63,636 bases of DNA, taken from positions 1 to 63,636 of IMG/VR virus record IMGVR_UViG_3300027370_000004; one strand, given 5' to 3'. The position numbers and the translations under genes are program-made. The notes beneath the pieces are model-generated. The model was not told the DNA's origin. It did no database searches and was given only the letters and a program-made list of their open reading frames with translations. Position 1 is the stretch's first letter; each line of letters begins with the position of its first letter. Source of the stretch: a virus (taxonomy: Duplodnaviria; Caudoviricetes). Positions 47,245-57,544 of this stretch are shown here, one piece after another.

Positions 47245-48170
47245 CCCGCAACTTTGTCTAGACCGACGATCTTTGATGCGCCGTATAGTCCCGCCCCGGT
47301 CAAAGCTGCTTTCCATGCCGCGTTGATTGCATCTTCACTAAATCCCTTAAGCTGCATAGCATGGTGATACTCTTTCATGGCATCGGCGAATTTCTGTCCC
47401 TTTCCTACGGTATCGGCAGCATCTTCCAAACTCCCCTTTAGATTTTGATTCAATTGCCCCACAAGACGTTTGGTATTCGGATTCAGCTTCATCTGCTCAT
47501 CGGCTGACAGTTTCGAGATATTAGACTGAAAATCTTTCGCTTCCTCATAGGTCATTGGAGCGGAATTGGGAGCCGTGAGTCTGCGGACCAACTTATTTAC
47601 GGAACTTGGGAGATTCGCCCCCCTCTGCGATTGCTCATAAATCTTCAGCGCGGTATCTCCCACGTCTGACGTATCAATCGGAATAGACCCCGCCGACGCT
47701 TTCACATCCTGAAGTGCCGCTTCTGCTCTGGAAGCACTCGGGATTGCGTTTGCAGCCGCGCCTACGGCCTTTGCCGCCCCAGCGGTGCCCAAAGCGACCA
47801 GAGCCTGCCCTGCGCCTTGTCCAGCCGTCTCTTGGGCTGCTTTCGCATATGTGCCGACTGGATCAGGAGAGGCATTGATATCTTGAATTGCTGCTGGAAC
47901 CTGCGCCGCTTGCTCTGGTATCTGCGCGATGCTTTTGGCGGTATCAATCGGGTGCGCGATCATATGGCCTACGCCCGTAACCGCGTCCCTTACGCCCCTG
48001 CCGATACTCTGCACTCCCGATAGAGTCGCGTCCTTGTAGGAATCAAGTGGAATGTCCTTATCCAGAAATCCCTTCTCTGGCGCTGGCGCATAGCTCGCGC
48101 TCGGGTCGAATCCCGCCGCAACTGGCGCGTAAGACTGACTTGGATCGAAAGTTACTGCCGCTGTGCTCAT
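47238..48170 (-). CDS. Ejection (internal virion) protein
   Basis: Ala-rich helical protein, FDPS..YAP repeat; third gene in the ejection cluster. Confidence 0.65.
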   Translation of the reverse strand: MSTAAVTFDPSQSYAPVAAGFDPSASYAPAPEKGFLDKDIPLDSYKDATLSGVQSIGRGVRDAVTGVGHMIAHPIDTAKSIAQIPEQAAQVPAAIQDINASPDPVGTYAKAAQETAGQGAGQALVALGTAGAAKAVGAAANAIPSASRAEAALQDVKASAGSIPIDTSDVGDTALKIYEQSQRGANLPSSVNKLVRRLTAPNSAPMTYEEAKDFQSNISKLSADEQMKLNPNTKRLVGQLNQNLKGSLEDAADTVGKGQKFADAMKEYHHAMQLKGFSEDAINAAWKAALTGAGLYGASKIVGLDKVAGQ

Positions 48171-49801
48171 TGCGGGTCTGCCGCCAAGACTTTGCCGTCT
48201 TTGTCTACCTTCGTTGCCTTGAACGTTCGCCCGTTCTGCACGATGGCATCGCCTACCTTATGGCCTGTCGTTTGCGCTGGAGGGGTCTGCCCGCCACTTT
48301 GCGCTCCCTGCCCCACTCCGTGCTTCTGGAACACTGCCTGCGCGGAAGGCAGTACCGGAGTGTACGTCGTGTCGCCCGGTATCTGCTGCTCGTAGCGCTC
48401 TTTGTAAGTCTGGAGCTTTTGCCCCAAGATGCCCAACTGCGAGTTGACCAAACTGGAAAGTTGTTTTGGCGAACTCGCCCCGCTGATGGTTGATTTGATT
48501 TGCGCGATTTCTGAGTCAGTGGCGTTGCCTTTCAAAGCCGAGGCCATTTCACCGGACACCGCATTTCTCACGCCTTCAAATGTCGTAGGGGCATCTCCGC
48601 CGAAGGTTGTTTTCAGGTAGTTGTAGGCTTGATTTCCCGGCTTGAAATTACCGTTATCGAGGGCTTGCGCAGCCTCATCCAAGGCGTCTAAATGAACTGA
48701 GGCCGTATTCAGCGCCCCGATATTTCTGCCATCGGCTCCCGTTGTGAACGCCTTCCTGATCTGCGCTCTCTGCTCACTCCACTGGGGGTCGATTTGGTAA
48801 ACAGACTGCATTACGCCTTGCCAGTAAGGTGTCTTTTGCGCGAATCCTGACGGCGGAGATTGACGGCCTTCCACGATAGCCTTGACCACCCCTGCCTTTG
48901 GCCCAAGGGAGTTGTAAATCTGTTCTGGTGTCGATCCTGCCGGAGCACCCCCGGTACTCGGGGGATTGTTCTGCAAACTGAAGTTGAAGGCGGGAACAAG
49001 AGTCTTCGCATATTTCTGATAATCCGCGAGAGTCTTTCCGGGGTGTTGCGCTAGCCATGAAGTTGCTTCCTGATTCTCCAGCGGTACGCCGGGGACTAAT
49101 CCACCTTGTTGCGCCCCGGTCAATTGCGCCTGATGGAGTTGACTTTCCGTATCCGCCGACTTCGCTTGCGCTGCGTTCTTAATTGCCTCTTGCTGCTTGG
49201 GCGAGGCTGCTATGGCCGCATCCGCGACTTTCTGAATTGAAGTCGGGTCTTGCGAGAACTGCTGCCTCAACTGCGCCGCCATGTTTGGATCGACTTCCGA
49301 AAGATGCGCGAGTGCGACACCAGCCGCCGCTGGAGAATACCCAGCAGATTTAATTTCCGCCCCCAAGCTGCCCATATAATCCTGCTGAGCCGAGGCCGTG
49401 TCCTGCTTCGTCTTTAGCAGCGTGGCTTTTTCTTGGTCGATCTTGTTGAATGTCTCCGTGAGTTGCGGAACAAGAGAACCGTTGCCGGAGGCCGCAACCT
49501 GACTCAGTACCTTCCCAGAATCAAATTTTGGAGCACCCGTTACAGGATCGGGCGTCAAAGCTCCTTGAAATGCCGCGTCCATTGCCTGCGATTGTTTCAG
49601 TTGCCGCTGTTTCTGCTGGTTGTCGAGTAAACCAGCTTCTAATTCTTGCTGCTGCTGCTGAAGCTGTCCCGGTGCAAGGGCTTGTTTCTGTTGAGTCTGA
49701 GATTGAAGCGCCTGAATCGAGGCGAGTTTCTGGTAGTCCCCCAAAGGTTCGGGGGTTTGGGGCTGAATCGCGAGGTTAGGAAGATGAATCAGGGAACTCA
49801 T
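48167..49801 (-). CDS. Ejection/DNA transfer protein (gp20-like position)
   Basis: Gln/Ala-rich helical protein; synteny. Confidence 0.7.
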   Translation of the reverse strand: MSSLIHLPNLAIQPQTPEPLGDYQKLASIQALQSQTQQKQALAPGQLQQQQQELEAGLLDNQQKQRQLKQSQAMDAAFQGALTPDPVTGAPKFDSGKVLSQVAASGNGSLVPQLTETFNKIDQEKATLLKTKQDTASAQQDYMGSLGAEIKSAGYSPAAAGVALAHLSEVDPNMAAQLRQQFSQDPTSIQKVADAAIAASPKQQEAIKNAAQAKSADTESQLHQAQLTGAQQGGLVPGVPLENQEATSWLAQHPGKTLADYQKYAKTLVPAFNFSLQNNPPSTGGAPAGSTPEQIYNSLGPKAGVVKAIVEGRQSPPSGFAQKTPYWQGVMQSVYQIDPQWSEQRAQIRKAFTTGADGRNIGALNTASVHLDALDEAAQALDNGNFKPGNQAYNYLKTTFGGDAPTTFEGVRNAVSGEMASALKGNATDSEIAQIKSTISGASSPKQLSSLVNSQLGILGQKLQTYKERYEQQIPGDTTYTPVLPSAQAVFQKHGVGQGAQSGGQTPPAQTTGHKVGDAIVQNGRTFKATKVDKDGKVLAADPQ

Positions 49802-50616
49802 TGATTAAGCCAATCGTCTACGCTCGGGGGGCCGGGAGCATTGTTCTGACCCGCCTGGGATAAAGCGTAGATTGATGCCAGCGTTCCGTAATTACCTAAG
49901 CTATTCCCAATCGCGTTGTAGCCCGACGCTGTAGCACTAGCAGCGTTCACCGCATCCTGCCCTTGCTGCGCTCCCGCCGTCAGATCGATGTTCGATGTAT
50001 TCGACGCTGCTTGCTGGCCCTCCTGTCCTAGTTGGCCCGCTGTCGTCTGCCCCAATCCCGCGACCGACGCGAGGCGGTTGAACTGATTCGTCTGCCCCTG
50101 CTGGAATTGGTTGTAGGACTGCTGATACTGAGTGAGAGCGTTATTAAAAGACTGCTGATAAGTGTTGGAGGCGAGACCCTGAGAGTACTGATCTAACGCC
50201 GCTTCTGTGCCGCCAGAAAGCAATCCGCCCTGTGCCGCAGCCGAATTCGCAATCGCATCCTGACCCTGCTTAAGGGTGAACTGATAGCCGGGAGTCGCTT
50301 CCGCCTGTGCTGCGGTCGGTGCTGCAAATTGACCTTGCCACTGCTGAGTAAGACCACCGCCCGGAGCTAATAGGCCGGATAGGTCGCCTACTGCGGCTTG
50401 CCCCGCTTGCAGGAATGGAGCCTGATTCTGCTCTTGAGTATCGAATTCCTGCTCTTGGAAATTGAGGGCATTTTGTGCTTCTTGCGCTTGAAGGTCGGAG
50501 GCACTTTCCGAGGCATTGGCAACACCCTTTTCGCCTTCATAGCTGGCAATCCCCCCAGCCGCCGCGCCCGCTACCCCAACTCCAAGAGCAATCGCTGTTC
50601 CAGTGGCTACGCTCAA
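49798..50616 (-). CDS. DNA transfer protein (P22 gp7-like)
   Basis: Gly/Ala-rich N-terminus, APFLQAG, TPGYQF...G..AI.NSAAAQGGLLSG. Confidence 0.8.
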   Translation of the reverse strand: MSVATGTAIALGVGVAGAAAGGIASYEGEKGVANASESASDLQAQEAQNALNFQEQEFDTQEQNQAPFLQAGQAAVGDLSGLLAPGGGLTQQWQGQFAAPTAAQAEATPGYQFTLKQGQDAIANSAAAQGGLLSGGTEAALDQYSQGLASNTYQQSFNNALTQYQQSYNQFQQGQTNQFNRLASVAGLGQTTAGQLGQEGQQAASNTSNIDLTAGAQQGQDAVNAASATASGYNAIGNSLGNYGTLASIYALSQAGQNNAPGPPSVDDWLNQ

Positions 50617-51182
50617 TTTTTCACCCGATCATAGAAACATATCCAGATCAGCCGCCCGTCGCTCGGCCCTGCTCCAAATGCTTCATGCGGCCATCGGGAA
50701 TGAAACCATGAAGTCGGATAGGTCACAAATCTATTCCAGCGCATCGGCACAAGCGAAGTCTGCCGCCACAAGCTCAAGTCTTTCCAGTCCTTCGTCATCT
50801 GGGAGTAAAACTCCGGAGTTTGGTTGAATGTGAGTCTTTCCGCGCCCGAAGGAATATGTTTCCAGAACGCCGTTCCGCCTTTGCACTGCTCCGGAGTGTT
50901 TAGGTACAAAACACTCGCAAAGTCAGCGCAGATTTCATCCGAATGCACCCAGCTATGCGGCAATTCGCCTTTAAGGTTCAGCCGGAAGCAAGAGAGTTTC
51001 GGCGTAATCTTGCAACCCGCGATGTGAGCTATTCGCTCAAACCAGTGCTCAACGGGATAAGTCGAGATTCCTGTGTACGTCCCGCCGTCCGGACCTTCTC
51101 GCGTAACGAATGGGCTGTATATGACGGCTTTTCTAACCGCCGCTAGGTCGGGCGCGAAGTTATCAGCGATGAGTGGATTCAC
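50613..51182 (-). CDS. 2OG-Fe(II) oxygenase (DUF6445-like)
   Basis: WVHSD (HxD), VLYL, GGTAFW, NRFVTY...FHSR, GRL. Confidence 0.8.
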   Translation of the reverse strand: MNPLIADNFAPDLAAVRKAVIYSPFVTREGPDGGTYTGISTYPVEHWFERIAHIAGCKITPKLSCFRLNLKGELPHSWVHSDEICADFASVLYLNTPEQCKGGTAFWKHIPSGAERLTFNQTPEFYSQMTKDWKDLSLWRQTSLVPMRWNRFVTYPTSWFHSRWPHEAFGAGPSDGRLIWICFYDRVKN

Positions 51183-51598
51183 AAAGTAGCCTGAAATGTA
51201 CTTTCTACGAACTGATAGCCCATGCGCTCATAGAAACTACCTACCTTCTCGTTGGGCGCGATCATCTGCATTCGCTTCGCGCCAGCTTTCTTCGCCAATT
51301 TTTCTGCTTCTTTCAGCAGTTTGATCCCTTCCCCAAGCACTTCTGACCACCAGAAAACCTCGCCTGCTACGGTCTCCCCGGACAGAAAGTGCGGATACAC
51401 AATGTAGCCGAGCATAGCTACAATTTTGCCTTGCCGCTCCGATACCAACAGTGTATTCATCGCGATCAGTTGCTTGGCAGTCTTCGCCATCTGCTCTGGA
51501 TTGTCATTGATGTGCTGCCCGTAGGTCGTTTCCTCGCGGAACCTCTGCCCCATCTGGACTAATCGCGGGATGTCGAACTCTTTGGCGAGGCGAATCAA
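51179..51598 (-). CDS. GNAT acetyltransferase-like virion assembly protein
   Basis: EVFWW, G.KLLKEAE..AKKAG, FYERMGY; TTG start inferred. Confidence 0.75.
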   Translation of the reverse strand: MIRLAKEFDIPRLVQMGQRFREETTYGQHINDNPEQMAKTAKQLIAMNTLLVSERQGKIVAMLGYIVYPHFLSGETVAGEVFWWSEVLGEGIKLLKEAEKLAKKAGAKRMQMIAPNEKVGSFYERMGYQFVESTFQATL

Positions 51599-51849
51599 AA
51601 TGGCACACTCGCAAACTTGATCCACTGGTCTGTAGCTATGCAGACGAAAAGCGATGTCCCGTCCGTGGCGATCTGTCCCGCGCTGCCTGTCGAATCCGAC
51701 GCAGTTGGCACTTCGCCCGACAGCGCCGGAGAATTAACAGCCTGCGTAAGCTGCGTAAAACCTTTCTGCCACTGCCAACTGAGTGTTCCATCTTTTTCGA
51801 GAACAGGAGTGCGGAAAAGGCCCGCAAATACTTGAGGAATTGCGCTCAT
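51595..51849 (-). CDS. Small tail-associated protein
   Basis: P.AS..TG.AGQIA.D...L.VC.ATD.W fibre-type motif; follows gp10. Confidence 0.6.
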   Translation of the reverse strand: MSAIPQVFAGLFRTPVLEKDGTLSWQWQKGFTQLTQAVNSPALSGEVPTASDSTGSAGQIATDGTSLFVCIATDQWIKFASVPF

Positions 51850-53354
51850 TGCATCTGTGCCAGTTTCAAGGGCAGTCTCCTCTGCTTTTCCATGCCCGGA
51901 GCGTCAAGGTAAGCATCTACGATTCTTGCAGGGAATGGATCGGTAGTGCTTACTTCAAAGATCACGCTTCTTGCCCTGCCCATTCTGCGAACTAAAAGTC
52001 TCCTCGCAAATTCTCCAGCCTGCCCACCATCCATAACTACGGGATCAGTCCAAGTGTGCCCACCATCTTTCGACATCCTGAAATAAAACTCCGGCCCTCT
52101 GGGATTGCCTTCGGTGTCAGTAAGGGGCGGTTGCGGGCCTAAGCCGGACTCGATGTAAAGCTGGAATTGATTCAGGAACATGAACTCTTGTTCGGACGAT
52201 ACTGGAGGCCCTCTGCGAATCCTTTGAATCGGCTTGCCATTGTCCGTCAAGTAGGCGTTCGACATGATGTAGATGTTGCCCGAAGCCCTATCGCCGACTA
52301 AGTGCTGTACTCCGTCAAACATATGACAAGCACTCAAGTGCGCTTGCAGCCCACCAATTCCTGACGCGGGTTCATGCCAGAGACCCGTTGCCACGTCGTA
52401 TCTCCATGACTTATTGGCTGTAGGAAAGTACCAATGGGCGCAAGAGTGGCCAAGATATTGGAAAGAGTAACCGATAGCGTCCGCCATTGTCGGATAGTTC
52501 TGCCATTGGTTCTCGATAGCATGCGTGGAAATCCTTGTGGGAAGATAGCCATTCGCCCTCCACGCAACTCCAGCGCCTCTCTCGTCTCCGCCTATCCACA
52601 TGACCGAGTTGTCGAGCTTCACTGGACTCTGCGGGGCGATGATACCTTGCTCGATAAATCCACCGGGCACTGGCAGATAGGGAAATATCGGAGCGCCCGC
52701 ATCGAAGTAAGGAATTGTCTGCTTTGACCCCCAAAACCAAACCTCTCGATGGTCTACCAGCATCGAGAGCACTTGGTCTGGAAAAACCGACACTATCGTA
52801 AAATTTAGCGGACTCCAGCCTGTCGCCGATCCGTTCAGCAGAGAGGAAACCTGGATCGTTTGCGAGTTCGCAATTAGGGCAATAAAGAAGCCGTCCGAGA
52901 AGCTGATCTGAGCCACAGGGCCAATGACTACCGTGCCGGAAGTCGTGTCGATCTGCGTCAGAGTATTGATGTTTAACTGGAAGAGAAACAAGAGTCCAGA
53001 ACTGCACACCATCAACTGATTCGCATTGTTGGCCGCAAAGGAACTCGGCCCGTTCGCCACGCCAAGCTTGCCAAAATTCGTTACAAACTGCGTGTTGACG
53101 ACTTCAAAAAGGTACTGGTTGTATAAGTCTTGCCCAATGAAGAATCGCCGCCCAGCGAAGTGAAAGCATGTAGGAACCGACAGCATGCCGGGCAAAGTCG
53201 CATAGAGTCCCAGCCCCGGCGTGGGGTACAGAGCCATTGCTGACTGACCGACGCCGCTTTCAATCTGCTCTGGATACCAATTTACTGCGACCTCACAATC
53301 GGCATTGGGGCTTTGGGAAGTGTAAAAGCCACTCGTGAAGGCTATTCTAGCCAT
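51846..53354 (-). CDS. Packaged-DNA stabilisation / tail hub protein (P22 gp10-like)
   Basis: NWYPE, LYPTPGL, DGFFI, RISTHAIE, YDVATGLWHE, SKDGGHTW. Confidence 0.9.
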   Translation of the reverse strand: MARIAFTSGFYTSQSPNADCEVAVNWYPEQIESGVGQSAMALYPTPGLGLYATLPGMLSVPTCFHFAGRRFFIGQDLYNQYLFEVVNTQFVTNFGKLGVANGPSSFAANNANQLMVCSSGLLFLFQLNINTLTQIDTTSGTVVIGPVAQISFSDGFFIALIANSQTIQVSSLLNGSATGWSPLNFTIVSVFPDQVLSMLVDHREVWFWGSKQTIPYFDAGAPIFPYLPVPGGFIEQGIIAPQSPVKLDNSVMWIGGDERGAGVAWRANGYLPTRISTHAIENQWQNYPTMADAIGYSFQYLGHSCAHWYFPTANKSWRYDVATGLWHEPASGIGGLQAHLSACHMFDGVQHLVGDRASGNIYIMSNAYLTDNGKPIQRIRRGPPVSSEQEFMFLNQFQLYIESGLGPQPPLTDTEGNPRGPEFYFRMSKDGGHTWTDPVVMDGGQAGEFARRLLVRRMGRARSVIFEVSTTDPFPARIVDAYLDAPGMEKQRRLPLKLAQMQ

Positions 53355-53368
53355 GCTAGACTGTCACC

Positions 53369-53587
53369 ATGAATCGCTTTCTGGCCAACGATGAGGTAAC
53401 AGCCGAAGTCAATGCGGGATGGAATAAAGCATGTCTGGAAGTCGGCATTGACCCCCTTGCTTCCCTTATCGAGATGATGTATCGACCATCCCGAGAACGC
53501 GGCATATATTTGCGACGACTGAAGAAAACAGCCCCAAACCTGCTAGAAGTTTCTCCCGCGAATGACGGGCGTGTCAGAGAGCCATGA
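53369..53587 (+). CDS. Antisense moron, 72 aa, probably leaderless
   Basis: TG-C-TAGACT (53354-53362), ATG 6 nt later; fills the gap between gp4-like and gp10-like genes. Confidence 0.55.
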   Translation: MNRFLANDEVTAEVNAGWNKACLEVGIDPLASLIEMMYRPSRERGIYLRRLKKTAPNLLEVSPANDGRVREP

Positions 53588-54322
53588 ATACGCTGCTGCC
53601 CTTGGGTCAAGTAGCGCCGTGTCGGGAGTTACCTGCAAGATGGGCGCGTTAAAGCCCTTGATTCTCGCCTTGCTCTCCGCCGCCAATCCCTGCACCTGTG
53701 GCGAAATCTGCGCGTTATCCAAACGGATGGCGAGATTCCAGCGGAGAAATTCCAAATAGCCGGGAGGGAAGGTTAGTTTCGTTTTCAGGTCAGGAAAGAA
53801 ACTCAGCGCCGTCCACGCATAGAACACTGTCTGCACCTGTACCGTTGGGTACGGCCAGTAGTTCAGCGTCATGAACGGGAAATTGCCGTCATTCCAGACC
53901 TTTTGCGGGAGAGGCCCGCCAAGGTTCTTCACCGGAATCGCCGCCCAATCGTTGTCATCCAGCATGTCCAAGCCGATTTCTGCCGGCGTTGCGGGATTGT
54001 TCAGATAGATGATTGTAATGATTTCAATACGCGGCGGGCGCGGGATGTTGATGTTTCCCCCGATCCCCACGGTGTACGCTTGTTGGTTCTGAACGAGATT
54101 GAACGGCCCTAATCTCTGAATCGTGAAGATCATCAGCCTCTCGGCATTGCATGAGTCGAGGAACTGATTCAGGATGGCGAGGTAGTCTTCCGCCTCTTGT
54201 GCAGTCGGATTCTCCCCAGCCCCAGCCCCTAAAATGTTCACGGCCCGCATTGCGCCTCGAATGATATCGAGGCCGCTGGCTTGCAGGCCGGGAATCGGTT
54301 CTACGATGGGAGGTACAGGCAT
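53543..54322 (-). CDS. Head-to-tail adaptor (P22 gp4-like)
   Basis: DII..A.R...LGAGE.PTAQE..D.L..LN, FPPGY...LRWNLAIRL. Confidence 0.85.
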   Translation of the reverse strand: MPVPPIVEPIPGLQASGLDIIRGAMRAVNILGAGAGENPTAQEAEDYLAILNQFLDSCNAERLMIFTIQRLGPFNLVQNQQAYTVGIGGNINIPRPPRIEIITIIYLNNPATPAEIGLDMLDDNDWAAIPVKNLGGPLPQKVWNDGNFPFMTLNYWPYPTVQVQTVFYAWTALSFFPDLKTKLTFPPGYLEFLRWNLAIRLDNAQISPQVQGLAAESKARIKGFNAPILQVTPDTALLDPRAAAYSWLSDTPVIRGRNF

Positions 54323-54712
54323 CTAAGCAGTCTTGCGGGGCGTCTCAGCGACAGTCGGAGCGGTCGTGGGCTGCTTCGCTTCGAGAGCCGCGAGTTTGTC
54401 GCCCATTTCCTTCATCGTCTGCATTTGCTGAAGAACGATCAGCGCGAGGTCTGCCGAGGGCGCGACAACCGTTTCCTTGGCGGGCTTCGCCGGGAAAGGT
54501 TTCGTCTGCCAGCCGTCCTTCTCCAGCTTCGCCTCATGCCGCGCGTCCATCGCTTCGCAACTGGAGCCATCCGCGTGAAACATCATCACCGGATAGTGCG
54601 GCCATCCACCAGAAATCTCTTCATACTTCCGCGTAGCTTCGTTGTATTTGTGCGGCCCGCGTGCAATCGCGTCGGCGGGCTTCAAAACTCCATTCATCAT
54701 TGGTTCCTGCAT
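54323..54712 (-). CDS. Hypothetical head-completion region protein
   Basis: AAGGAGAA RBS; YP.MM.H...E..L...GW motif. Confidence 0.6.
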   Translation of the reverse strand: MQEPMMNGVLKPADAIARGPHKYNEATRKYEEISGGWPHYPVMMFHADGSSCEAMDARHEAKLEKDGWQTKPFPAKPAKETVVAPSADLALIVLQQMQTMKEMGDKLAALEAKQPTTAPTVAETPRKTA

Positions 54713-54730
54713 GAATTCTCCTTTAAATCA

Positions 54731-54758
54731 GCAGGCGCACCAATTACGATGCGCCTGC
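54731..54758. terminator. Hairpin after the capsid/decoration genes
   Basis: GCAGGCGCA/TGCGCCTGC 9-bp stem; weak U tract. Confidence 0.4.
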
Positions 54759-54770
54759 ATGTTATTGATT

Positions 54771-55556
54771 CTAGTACAAATACGAGATTGGCCCGACGTT
54801 AACCGTGAACGTTGTCGGCACCGTGATGTTATTGGGCGGAGAGCCAGCAGTTCCGGTCAGAGTTTCCGTTACTACATCAAGCCATGTCGCGGTCTTGATG
54901 GTTTGGAAGTTGTCTGTGGTTCCGTTGGTCTGATAGACGATGAAATACTGCCCAGATGCGAGGACGGTTGGCTGAACCCATGCCCTTTGCTGGAAGGCCG
55001 AGGCTCCCGATGTGACAGCGGCGGCGCTCGATGCAATGAGCGTTCCGCTATAGTCGTAGAGGTACACGGCATTGGAATCGGCCCCCACCGTGGCTCCATT
55101 CAGTACCGCAGCCCCAGTGCTGACCATGAGCCGATCCACCTTAACATCGGCCACGAACAGGCCCCCAGCGGTATCGGCGGTCGAGTTCCCCAATCCCGTC
55201 AAGCTGCCCTGAATCCCGGTCGCCGTAAAGAAGCGGAAACGCCCCTGCGTGGACGGAAATGTGGTCTGGGCATATTGCGGGAAGTACTGCGGAAGCCCGA
55301 ACCACACAATCGCCCCATTGCCGTGATTGGCGACCTTGGTTCCGTTCATGCCCCGCTGCACAGAAGCAGTCAAGGTTGTTGAGTTTACGGATTCCACCAC
55401 CATAAGCTCGGAATCCACTAACAGCATGGTTTGGATGCCGCCACCAGCCGTAGGAGCCGCCATTCCTGTCACTGAGGCCATAATGACGTTGTTCTGTGCA
55501 TTTGGCCCCGAGTTCAGAAGCGCGGTGAGTGTCGTGCTAGTCAAATTTGTTGCCAT
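54771..55556 (-). CDS. Capsid decoration/minor structural protein
   Basis: Follows the coat gene; VDSELM.V...V.RG.NGT...H..GA.V motif; AAGGAG RBS. Confidence 0.65.
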   Translation of the reverse strand: MATNLTSTTLTALLNSGPNAQNNVIMASVTGMAAPTAGGGIQTMLLVDSELMVVESVNSTTLTASVQRGMNGTKVANHGNGAIVWFGLPQYFPQYAQTTFPSTQGRFRFFTATGIQGSLTGLGNSTADTAGGLFVADVKVDRLMVSTGAAVLNGATVGADSNAVYLYDYSGTLIASSAAAVTSGASAFQQRAWVQPTVLASGQYFIVYQTNGTTDNFQTIKTATWLDVVTETLTGTAGSPPNNITVPTTFTVNVGPISYLY

Positions 55557-56232
55557 TCAAAGTCTCCTTTAGCAGTTTCCTGCCTATTCCGTTTTTCAGG
55601 CTAGTGACAAGGTTTTGTATCGTTAACCCTGTGCCTCTGCAAGCTGCCCGCATGGATTCATACACGACGCCATTGAATTCCAGGGGCTGCACATTGTGCC
55701 GATCAGAACCCTTGGGAGCAGATTCGCGCATTTTCCTTTTAGTCTCTTCACTGTGCGCCATCCCCTTGTTCCATGCTGGCTTCCCCTTCCTCGAACTGGC
55801 GTCGGAAAGTTTCTTCCGAATATCGTCCGACAGGGGTCCAGTTTTCTTGCCTTTGTTCCAAGGTTCGCGAGTTTTGTTGCGATACGACTCCAAGGCACGG
55901 GCAGCAATTCTAGCCCGCGTTTCAGGAGAGCATACCCGTCGCGCTCCCTTGCCTCCATCGGTAATGTTGTAACCGTTAGGGGCAAGTGTCCCATGAGACT
56001 TGATCGCCTCAGCCTCCATCCGCAGGAGTTCTTCATAGTCGCTCGATTCTCCGATACATTCGATTGAAAATGCATCCATCCCGTGCTTGCGGATGGCACA
56101 CGCAATCGCCATATCCTTGCGACCACATTTCGCTGCATACAGATGGCGGCTGACTCGTTTGCTGATTGCATTGACACTGGTTCCGATGTAAGCTTTGGCG
56201 CTTCGCCTGTGAGTTAGCTTGTATAACCACAT
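55537..56232 (-). mobile_element. GIY-YIG homing endonuclease with NUMOD3 repeats
   Basis: LYKLT...AYIG, AIRKHG..AF, E...I, PNGYNITDGG, PWNKG repeats, HSEETKRKM. Has its own TG-A-TATACT promoter and AAGGAG RBS. Confidence 0.9.
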
Positions 56233-56283
56233 AAGAGTTCTATCTCCTTGTGGCTACAGTATATCATTATTCTTACTGCTAAC

Positions 56284-57510
56284 TCAATTCGCGATGCGCA
56301 CGCACAATTCGGGATATTTCGTGACGAACCCGTACAAAACGTCTAAGCGGCACGGTGCCCGGTCCTCGAAAATGTCGTAGGCGCGAATCATGCGGATCGA
56401 CATGCCGATTTCCTTGGAGGCCACTCGTTCTCCGATGTCCACTCCGCCGTAGAGAGGCAAGTCCGCGCACCCCATAGCGAAAGCTTCATCAGAGACGAAC
56501 ATCAAGCCGCGCAACGAGCTGGTCGAGGCAGCGCCTTGAACGTTGATAACCATTCCCGTAGTCGGCGATTGAGTCACCGTCTGGAACGGTCCTGCGGTCA
56601 CAATGCCGAAGCCGGAAGGCCCGGAAATCGGGATCGTTGCGTTACCCGAGCCATCTGCCGTCACGTTTGCGGTCACAACAAACTGCCGCAACGCTCCGGT
56701 AGACTGCCTATTCTGCGGATTCACCGCCAAAACGCCCGAAGTCAGGGTCCCAATGGAAATCACGTCGCCCAAGTTCAGGACTGCATTGTTCGCCGTCCAG
56801 CCGTTGGTGATGAGCGAGTTTCCTGTCTGGCCGGAACCGTTGACTACTGGAGACCCGCCCTGCTTCCCGACTGTCTGGAGGCGCACGTTCTGGTCAATCA
56901 TCGAATCCACGCCCAAACCGAGACCTTGACGGCCTGAGTTGTACTGTTCGCGGATTTTGTCCGAGGCTTGAAACAAGCCTGCCTGCGCATCCACCAAGTT
57001 GGTATTTTGCGCGGGCGACATGATGTTTACCCGGTCCTTGAAGGGTGCAGCTTCTTCGTTCAGCCGTTGATTGGCTTGCAAATAAATCAGCCGCGTCGAG
57101 GGTACTGTTCCCGGCGTGCCGATTTCGTTGTAGACGTTCACATACTGGCCCAAGGCGTCGTAGTCGATCATGTTCGACATGGTGGCCACCTGCGGGCGGA
57201 TGAATCGCTTCGAGAAGTCATCGACTTGGAGGCCAAGTTCCTGCGAAGTGAACGCAATCGCGCACTGCCGTTGCTGGGTCAGGACAAGAGGTACGCTGGT
57301 TTCAGTCGCATCTTCCAACTGAAGAGCCTGCCCCAAGGACGTAAGGAATCGAGGCGGCTTACGGAGGTTGAGAATGTTGCCGATTTTCGCGCCTTCGACT
57401 CCGAACCTGTCGTCGTATTGGCGATCAAAGTGCTTGGCCGCATTCAGTTCATTCTCAAGAATCATCAGAGCTTCTTGAGTAATCATCAGCGGTGTTAAAA
57501 GGGTATTCAA
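56284..57510 (-). CDS. Major capsid protein (P22 coat gp5 family)
   Basis: N.LLT..MIT.EAL.ILEN, GAKIG..L..RKP, DDFSKRFI.P, RLDVLYG. Confidence 0.95.
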   Translation of the reverse strand: MNTLLTPLMITQEALMILENELNAAKHFDRQYDDRFGVEGAKIGNILNLRKPPRFLTSLGQALQLEDATETSVPLVLTQQRQCAIAFTSQELGLQVDDFSKRFIRPQVATMSNMIDYDALGQYVNVYNEIGTPGTVPSTRLIYLQANQRLNEEAAPFKDRVNIMSPAQNTNLVDAQAGLFQASDKIREQYNSGRQGLGLGVDSMIDQNVRLQTVGKQGGSPVVNGSGQTGNSLITNGWTANNAVLNLGDVISIGTLTSGVLAVNPQNRQSTGALRQFVVTANVTADGSGNATIPISGPSGFGIVTAGPFQTVTQSPTTGMVINVQGAASTSSLRGLMFVSDEAFAMGCADLPLYGGVDIGERVASKEIGMSIRMIRAYDIFEDRAPCRLDVLYGFVTKYPELCVRIAN

Positions 57511-57544
57511 AGGGTCTCTCGGATTCTGCCATCCGCGTTAGCGG

